NCBI RefSeq assembly: GCF_009914755.1
Contig: NC_060938.1
From: the human T2T-CHM13v2.0 reference genome, Homo sapiens
Strand: one strand, 5' to 3'
Length of the DNA stretch: 64,000 nt
Numbering within the stretch: the stretch's first letter is position 1; each line of letters opens with the position of its first letter. Below the pieces are notes generated by a model. It was given only the letters and a program-made list of their open reading frames with translations. It ran no database searches and was not told where the DNA came from. Positions 55,645 to 64,000 of the stretch are shown here, one piece after another. Made by a program: the position numbers and the translations under genes.

Positions 55645-58600
55645 GTAAGGAGGAAATCGGAGCTAGAATAATAAAAGCATTGGATTGCTAAGTGCCTTCG
55701 ATATACTACAGCAAGATAGTGAACAGCTGATGGTGAGCAACAGGCAATTAAAATCCAGGCATGAATGTCAGTATCCTCTCTGACTGCATACAAAGTGACC
55801 CTCATTTCCTTCCAGGGGAGGATAAAGAAATCCAAGTGGCTGAACCTAAAAATAAATAAATAAATAAAAGTTAAATGCCCAACCAAGGGAGCGCTGTAAT
55901 CAGGACCTTGGTGGAGAAAACCTGAGACTCTGACACACATGATGGGAACATCTGACTAGATCCTTTGAACACTCACGCTCCATATACTCATCCACGGGAG
56001 TGATTCACCCCTGTATAGTGAAGGAGAATGCAGATGCCACTCCACCATGAGGCTATAGATGTCTTTTGCAGAGTCTTCCCCCACCTCCTTTTTTGGCCAC
56101 TAGGCATAAAGCTAGGATTGAGTCACAGCATAATCAACTGGAAAAGTGCTCAGCATGCTCAGAGAAAAGGCACTACATTCTGAGATGCAAAAATCAAATG
56201 ACAAACAATAAATTGGGAAGGGAAAAATGTTCACTCTCCCAAGATATAGGATTTTACATCTTGGCAAGGACCCTAGGGCATGGTGTAAATTTGTTCCTGG
56301 GATGTCTCCTAGAAGCATGGAAAAAGTAATGCTCATACAGAGAAGCCGAAATGCCAGAATTGCCATAATGATTATGGGATTAAAAGGTTCATGGAAATGG
56401 GCATGCTGAAATGGAATTATACATGGCCTTCAGATGATAATGTTCCATAGGAATGTCCAGAAAATACACCATTTACCAAAGGCATAAAGAATGTGCTAAT
56501 AAGAGGAAGCACTGGCATTACCAAAAGGTCCATTATTAAGTCTTTGCAAGCCAGGCTCAGAGTAGGAGAGGGTGTTACAGAAATTTGCTTGCTGATAGCA
56601 TTGGTGATAATATGACTCTGACACCTAGAGGTCAGCGAGCAATACATAACCATCCCAAGGAATAAGAATAAGAAGTTGCAATTGTCATAAAGACTGGCAA
56701 GGTCAGAATGGCAGCCAAGACCTAAGGAGATGGTAGTGGAAGGATTCTAGAATCCTTAAGGGTAAAATAGATAGACAGCCAACAAGGATACTTACTTTAT
56801 GCCAATAGAAGAAGCCAAAGATAGATGACTGGGAAGCAAAAAGCAGTTGCCTCCCCAAAAGTTAATCACTTTTCCAGTTTATGGACTTGAACTTCTTTCA
56901 AACCTGGAACTCACTCCCTGATGACGTGGACAGAGCCTTGGGCCCAGGATGCTATAAAACCATGGCAAATATATAAATAATAATGATTCCCCCAGCCCTT
57001 CACCAAAGGGAACTATGGCCACTTACATAGCTGTGCATAAGGAAGGGGGAATATCTATACATTTCAAGGACTATTGAACACAGGGACTGAGTTGACATTA
57101 ATGTCCAAGTACTCAAAACATTTTGATGACCTTCCTGTTAGAATGAAGACATATATGAGGACAGGGTAATAAATAAAGTCTTAGCAACACTCTGACTTAC
57201 AGTGGGTTACTGGTCTTATGGACACAGGGCTATGATAATTCTTCTACCCTCTGTCATAACATAGTATAGTGAGAGGACTGTCTGGATATCCCAGATAACA
57301 TCACATTGATCGAGTACATTGATGACATTATGTTGATCAAGCCAGGTGTAAAAGAGGTGGTAATGACATTGAAGGCCTTGGTAAAACACATGAGCTCAGA
57401 AAATGGAAGATAAGCTCTGTGAAAAATAATACATTGTAATCAAGGACATGATGTGTCAGTAAAATTTTTAGTTTTCTAAGAGCCAGGAATATGCCGGGTT
57501 ATCCCTTCCAAAGTAAGGCCAAATTATTCCTTTCTGCATCTCCTATCATGAAGAAGGAAACACAATGCCTGGGGATTGCTTTGGTTCCTGGAGGCAGCAA
57601 ATTTGATACCTAGGACCACAACTCTGGTCCTTATATTTGGTAACATATAATGATGTCATCTTTGAGTGGAAACCATAGAAGGAAAGAGCTCTGCACCAGG
57701 TCCAGGTTGTGATGCAAACAGACTTCCACTGGGGTCATACTCCCTAGTAGACCCTATGATGTTGAAAGTGTCTGTGACAGAAAAGGTTGTTGGGTGGAGT
57801 TTGTGGTAAGCCCCAGAGAAAGAATCACAGTGTATGCCTCTGGGATTCTGCAGCAGAGGCATGCCATCAGCCAACTAACAATAAAGACCAAGCTGATCCC
57901 CTAATCTGGCATAATTTCTAGAAGAACACATAGAGGGAAATTGACTACAATTCTTCATTATCATCCTGGAAGGGCCAGTGGTTCATTCGTACAGTAATAA
58001 ACACATATTCTTGATATGAATTTGCCTTATCTCACTGAGGTAAGGCAGTGAGCCTCAGTGAGCACCAATATTCAAAGACATTTGGAGTATTTGACCCACT
58101 GGTCTGGTGTTTCTGTATAATATCATATCAGACCAAGGTACCACTTTACAGTGAAGAAGTTTTGGAAGGGGACCAAAGAACATGGTATATACTGGCTGTA
58201 TATCAGACAACATAATCTAGGGGCTGCCAGCCTAATAAAGCATTGGAAATATCTACTGATGGTGCAACTGAGCTAAAGCTGAAGCGCTTGTTCAGAGGCA
58301 ATATACTACCATTTCACAGAATGAATTGTGTGCACTGAACTACAGATCTTTACATGGGTCTGGGAACCAAGGCCTGGAAACAGGAGTGGTCCCACTTACT
58401 GTCACTCACAGTGACTCATTGGGGTGGTTTGTGCTTCTTGCCTACTGCAACTCCGGACTCTGTGGCCCAAAGGTCCTGGTCCCCAAATGGGTCATATTTT
58501 CACCAGGGCAAAGCTAGAGTCCCAATAAATTATAAGCTAAAGCTGCCACTAGAACTCACTGTGTCCTTGCACCAACCAAGAAGATGATCACATTCTTGAC

Positions 58601-59025
58601 AGAAGTGATTGACCCTAATCATCAGGAGGAGGCAGGGCTTCTGTCACAAGATGGAAACATAAGAGTGTATGTGTAGAACCCAGGTGATCTCCTTAGGTGC
58701 CTAATGGTACTCCCCAGCCTGATTGTGAATATAAATGGACAGGTTCAGCAATCACAGTCTGAGAAGGTGCTCTGGTGCTCCGAGCTTTTGGAGATAAAGA
58801 CCTGGGTCATATCACACAGTCAAGGAAACTAGAATGGACAGTGGAGGAGTGAGACAATAAGTATCCATTTCAGCCTCAATCCCAAATGCTACAGAGGGAC
58901 TATGGTTTATCCCATTAACTTCCTTCTCCTAAGGTTCCCCACAGAAAGGGATGTCCACTATAATCCTGGAGGCATTGTTCCCACAATATATTCAAAAAAG
59001 TGGGTCAGAGCAGTGCAAATATTGG
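55645..59025 (+). mobile_element. ERVL-type internal region (gag/pol remnants)
   Basis: RT YIDD remnant (tacattgatgacatt at 57315), protease-like, integrase (tcagaccaagg..ccactttac) and 3' internal motifs; heavily decayed. Confidence 0.7.
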
Positions 59026-59026
59026 A

Positions 59027-61797
59027 CTGTAGAATACACAAATATGCCTCTTGGATCCTCCTTCAAGAGAGGACTTGCTGACCGTCTGCAGGAATTATGA
59101 TCAGAAGACAGCATCCAGATGTTAGCTCTTTGGGGTCAGCCTCAGTTACAAAGAGGCATCCTACCAAGCTCATGCCCTTCTTCCACATCCAAGGGAATGA
59201 ACAAACTGAAGGGATGAAGACCAGACCATTTTGGCCCAACTCAGACAAATTTGTCAAGCAATATTCAGTCCAGAGCTCACTGCCAGATTGGCCAAAGCTG
59301 CAATATAGAAGTATACCTTATTTTATCACACGTCAATGTATTGTGCTTCACAGATACTCTTTTGCTTTTGTTTTACAAATTGAAGGTTTGTGGCAATCTT
59401 TTGTTGAGCAAATCTGTTGGCACCATTTTTTCAATAGCAAGTGCTTGCTTTGTGTCTCTGTGTCACATTTTGGTAATTCTCACAATATTTCAATCTTTAT
59501 TATTATTATATCTGTTGTGGTGATCTGTGATCAGTCAACTTTGATGTTACCATAATAATTGTTTTGGGGTGCCACAAATCCCAACCATATAAGAAGACAA
59601 ACTTAAGCAAAAAAAATTATGTGTATTCCAACTGCTCCACCAATTGACCATTTCCCCATCTCTTTCCCTCTCCTTGGGCCTCCCTATTCCCTAAGATATA
59701 AGATGGAAATTGGGCCCATTAATTTATAATCCTACCATAGCTTAAGTGTTCAAGTGAAAGGAAGAGTCTTCCATTTCTCACTTTAAATCAAAAGCTAAAA
59801 ATGATTAAGCTTAATGAGAAAGGCATGTCAAAAGCCAAGCTAGGCCTCTTGTACCAAACAGCCAAAGTTGTGAATGCAAAGGACACATTCTTGAAGAAAA
59901 TTAAAAATGCTACTCCAGTGAACACACAAATGATAAGCAAGCAAAACAGCCTTACTGCTGATATACAGAATGTTTGAGTGGTCTGGACGGAAGATTAAAC
60001 CAGCCACAACATTCCCTTAATTCAAAGCCTAATCCAGAGCAAGGTCCTAATTTTCACCAATTCTATGACAGCAGAGAGAGGTAAGGAATCTGCGGTGAAA
60101 AAATTTGAAGCAAGCACAGGTTGGTTGATGAGGGTTAAGGAAAAAGCCATCTCCATAACATAAAGGTGCAAGATGAAGTAGCAAGTGCTGATGTAGAAGC
60201 TGCAGCAAGTTATCCAGAAGATCTAGCTAAGGTCACTGATGAAGGTGGCTACACCAAGCAACAGATTTTCAATGTAGATGAAACAGCCTTCTATTGGAAG
60301 GAGACTAGGACTTTCACAGCTAGAGAGGAGAAGTCAATGCCTGGCTTCAAAGCTTCAAAGGACAGGCTGACGGTTTTGTTAGGGACTAATGCAGGTGGTG
60401 AATTTAAATTGAAACCAATGCTCCTTTGCCATTCCAAAAATCTGAAGGCCCTTAAGGATGATGCTAAGTCTACTCTGCCTGTGTTCTGTCAATGAAACAG
60501 CAAAGCCCTTGATGACAGCATATCTGTTCACAGCATGGTTTACTGAATATTTTAAGCCCATTGTTGAGACCTACTGCTCAGAAAAAAAAATGACATCTTT
60601 TCAAATATTACTGTTCACTGACAATACACCTGACCACCCAAGAGCTCTGATGGAGATGTACAAGGAGATTAATGTTGTTTTCATGCCTGTTAACACAACA
60701 TCCATTCTGCAGCCCATGGATGGAGTAATTTTGACTTTCAAGTCTTTGTATTTAAGAAATGTATTTCATAAGGTTATAGCTGCCATAGATAGTAATTCCA
60801 CTGATGGATCTGGGCAAATCAATTGAAACCTTTCTGGAAAGGATTCACCATTCTAGATGTCATTAAGAACATTCCTGATTTATGTGAGGAGGTCAAAATA
60901 TTAACATTAAAAGGAGTTTGGAAGACATTGAGTCTAACCTTCACAGATGACTTCAGTGGTGGAAAGAACTGTAGATGTTGTGGAAATAGCAAGAGAATTA
61001 GACTTAAAAGTGGAGCCTGAGGATATGACTGAATTGCCATAATGTCATGATAAATCTTGAATGGTTGAGGAGTTGCTTCTTATAGATGAGCAAAGAAAAT
61101 GGTTTTTTGAAATGGAATTGATTCCTGATGAAGATGCTGTCAACAATGTTGAAATAACAACAAAGGACTTAATATATTACATAAACTTAGTTGATAAAGC
61201 AGTGGTAGAATTTGAGATGACTGACTCAAATTTTGAAAGAAGTTCTACTGTGGGTAAAATCCTATCAAACAGCATCACATGCTAGATAAATATTTGTGAA
61301 AGGAAGAGTCAATCGATGCAGCAAACTTAATTGTTGTCGTATTTTAAGAAATTTCCAGTCACCCCAATCTTCAGCAACCACCACCCTGAAGAGTCAGCAT
61401 CTGTCAACAATGAGGCAAGAACCTCCACCAGCAAAAACATATGGCTCATTAAAGGCTCAGAGGATTGTTACTATTTCTCAGCAATAAAAGATTTTTAATT
61501 AAGGTATTGCATTTTTGGACATAATGCTACATACTTAACAGATTACAGTGTAGTGTAAATATAACTTTTTTATGTACTGGGAACCAAAAATTTTGTGTGA
61601 CTCATTTTATTGTGATATTCCTGTTATCGCAGTGGTCTGGAACTGAACCTATATTATGTCCAAGGTACGCCTGTACTTGTATTTCTCATCTGCACAACCA
61701 ACTTCCTTGCCTTTTTTCACAGCTGTTGGTCCCTAACAAAATCTTGTACTTGAAACTCCAATTCAGTATCTGCTTCTGGAGAACTCAACCAACAACA
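59027..61797 (+). mobile_element. LTR16-like 3' LTR split by Tigger1 (59027-59307 and 61674-61797)
   Basis: tgtaga...gatcctccttcaagagaggacttgctg start and tctgcttctggagaactcaacc..aaca end. Confidence 0.6.
59308..61673 (+). mobile_element. near full-length Tigger1 (pogo-like DNA transposon), decayed transposase
   Basis: Degenerate TIRs gaagtatacctt / aaggtacgcctg, TA on both sides; peptides [27 protein letters not shown]. Confidence 0.92.
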
Positions 61798-62396
61798 AAG
61801 TAGCTACAGAAGGCACCTAACACTCCTAGGGCCAGGAGAACAGAAGAAAGAAGTTGGGTTTACTAGAGTGGCGATGATTAAAGAACATTCCCTGCAGAGC
61901 AAGGACCCAGACCTCTAAAGATGGCACAGTGAACAGCTGCTGCTGCTTCAAGAACTCAGAGGACCACAACCCTGCTCACTCCCGGACCCCTAAGGAGGTC
62001 AGTGTCCAACTGCTGCTGGTATTTCTAAGGAAAAATGAGGGTGGTTCTAAAAGTGACAACAGAACTGGAATCTGAAACCAAATATAATTGCCAGAGTGAA
62101 TGGCCCCAACCAAAATAATGGTGACACTCATGGTAAGCACACAGGAAAGAAAGCTCCCTTCTTCCCTCATCATCACTCCAGGCTACTTCTACTGCCCCCT
62201 TTGGCACAGCTGAATGTGCCAAACAGAAATGAGTTGTGTACAGGCACATCCTGAACATTACATAGTACAGCAAAAAAAAAAAAAAAAAAGAGAGAGAGAG
62301 AGAGGAGAGTTAAAAATGAGGGACAACAGCTTGAAACTATCTTTTCTGTGCCTTTGCTCAGGAAACATAAAGACACAACTTCTGGGAAAAGGAACC

Positions 62397-62504
62397 TTTA
62401 ATATTGCTTAAGACACTGTAGAGTAAGTAAGAATAGGCTAGGAATCCTTTGCTGTGATAGCTAATGCTTGCAATCCTGACATGAAATGTCCATGAAGTTT
62501 TATT
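62397..62504 (-). terminator. candidate ADAM20 poly(A) signals (AATAAA 62499-62504; ATTAAA 62397-62402)
   Basis: Hexamers on the minus strand about 95 and 200 nt after the stop codon. Confidence 0.55.
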
Positions 62505-62598
62505 TAAACAGTGAGACATGGCTTCATATTTTTCTATTAAAAAATTGGATATTAAAAATGAAGTATAAAGTTTAGTCTCCTTCTTTTTCCCATTTCTC

Positions 62599-64000
62599 TT
62601 ATCCTTCTTCATCTTCTTTACTTTTTGTGCGTTTCTTAAAAAGCACATGTAAGCAAAATAATAAAAAAGCAACCAAAGGAAGAAGGCACAATAGTGACAG
62701 GTAACGCAACTTTCCCATCACATTTAATCCTTCCATGTTGTTCTTAGGAGGTGGGCCACTATCAGCACTACCTCCATAGCCTTTGTCCTTGCAGTATGGG
62801 GGTGCCCATTCATGGTTGCAGTGACAGTGTTGTTTGTTGTTGCAGATTCCCCTCATGTTGCAGGTCTTAGGCTGACAGGCTTGTGACAGATGAACCATAC
62901 TGGCACACTTCTTACGGATGCAGATCTTTTCTGGACCACATACTGTGCCATCTTTCACCTCACCAATATCAGGTATAGCCATCCCTAAATGATAATCAGT
63001 GCCCCAGCAAGTGGTGTCATTGAGGTGAAACTGCTGCACTGTAGAATGCTCTATCAGATTGGGAATTACTCCCACATTTTCACACTGAACCCTCCCACAC
63101 ATGATATCAGGGGTCCAACATTTTACATATGTTGTGCCTACAATACCACAGTGACCGAAACGGTTTCCTTGGGTGTTGATTTCTTGGTAGCAACTCTGAG
63201 ATGCACTCCTTGCATCTTGGCCAAAAATCTCTTTACATTGTATATCATGGTTATTACACGTCTTTTCATAGCAGAAGGCATTCACATTACAGGAGATCCC
63301 GTCCTGCACATACACATCATCTGGGCATTGATGGGATGTCCCATTGCACCACTCTGGAAGGTCACATTCACCAACTTGTTGTCTACATAAAGTTCCTGAT
63401 GGCAGAAATTTGCAGTCTTTGCAACATATTCCAAAAGCACAAGCAGCCCCAGGATGTAGAGTACAGTTTAACAGACAACAGGGATCTTTTGCACACTGCC
63501 GTATGGTTCCACAGTCACATTCCTCCCCTTCTTCAACCACTAGATTCCCACAGTACTTCAGTCTAAATATATTCCCTGGATATGGAGGCGGTTGAATACA
63601 TAATCCACTACTGATAGTACTGTCCCAATATTGGGCATAACTGCAGTTGCTAAATTTAGTTGTCACCTTTCTATAGGCATGCATTATGCACCACTGTAGC
63701 TCGCACACACACCACTGGGTGTCATGTTGCATACCCAAATTATGACCAAGCTCGTGGCCCAAAGTAATTGCAAAAACGACCAACCTGTTGTCTTCAAAAA
63801 CATCAACTCCAGTATTAAAAGGATTCTGGCATATTCCTTTAACATAGGCAACACCAAGCTTCATGCCTTGTGTGTCTTTTATGAAAAGATGTGCAACATC
63901 ATGTTGTAGTCGATTATTAAGGTTATAATTCTTCCAAATAGAAAAGTCCTCTAAAACATTATCTAGGTCTCCACTGGTAGGAAGTGGATTTGATGCAGTC
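62599..64000 (-). CDS. ADAM20: ADAM metallopeptidase domain 20, 3' part (frame open to the window edge)
   Basis: TASNPLPTSGDLDNVL at the edge; HELGHNLGMQHD zinc motif and CIM Met-turn; disintegrin loop VGECDLPE; EGF; TM; tail KKRTKSKEDEEG, matching recalled human ADAM20; TAA at 62599-62601; no introns. Confidence 0.95.
   Translation of the reverse strand, partial: TASNPLPTSGDLDNVLEDFSIWKNYNLNNRLQHDVAHLFIKDTQGMKLGVAYVKGICQNPFNTGVDVFEDNRLVVFAITLGHELGHNLGMQHDTQWCVCELQWCIMHAYRKVTTKFSNCSYAQYWDSTISSGLCIQPPPYPGNIFRLKYCGNLVVEEGEECDCGTIRQCAKDPCCLLNCTLHPGAACAFGICCKDCKFLPSGTLCRQQVGECDLPEWCNGTSHQCPDDVYVQDGISCNVNAFCYEKTCNNHDIQCKEIFGQDARSASQSCYQEINTQGNRFGHCGIVGTTYVKCWTPDIMCGRVQCENVGVIPNLIEHSTVQQFHLNDTTCWGTDYHLGMAIPDIGEVKDGTVCGPEKICIRKKCASMVHLSQACQPKTCNMRGICNNKQHCHCNHEWAPPYCKDKGYGGSADSGPPPKNNMEGLNVMGKLRYLSLLCLLPLVAFLLFCLHVLFKKRTKSKEDEEG

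Noticed and set aside
62989-63909. Plus-strand ORFs opposite ADAM20 (and opposite the ADAM pseudogene)
   Set aside because: Antisense shadows of the Cys-rich coding strand with no independent motifs.

Overview
Primate, almost certainly human, genomic DNA from the testis ADAM gene cluster (recalled as ADAM21-ADAM20P1-ADAM20 on 14q24). Two intronless ADAM coding units lie on the minus strand. One is the 3' two-thirds of ADAM20 (62599 to the window edge, intact HELGHNLGMQH zinc motif). The other is an ADAM4/ADAM6-type gene (9046-11240) that lacks the catalytic Glu and is split by what looks like a single 1-bp deletion. Between them is a ~45-kb pile of nested retroelements: a full-length L1PA2-like element with an SVA inserted in ORF1; a full-length older L1PA nested in an even older, internally deleted L1PA; several L1M elements; nested MST/MaLR elements; Alus; a U6 pseudogene; ERV1 env/LTR and ERVL remnants; and a near full-length Tigger1. 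There are no prokaryotic features. Most notable are the near-intact non-catalytic ADAM facing an L1 antisense promoter/ORF0, the L1-SVA composite, an L1 pair with and without the ~129-bp ZNF93 segment, a probable L1-to-L1 gene-conversion tract and a templated 27-bp inverted duplication. Subfamily calls are from remembered diagnostic sequence, not from a search.
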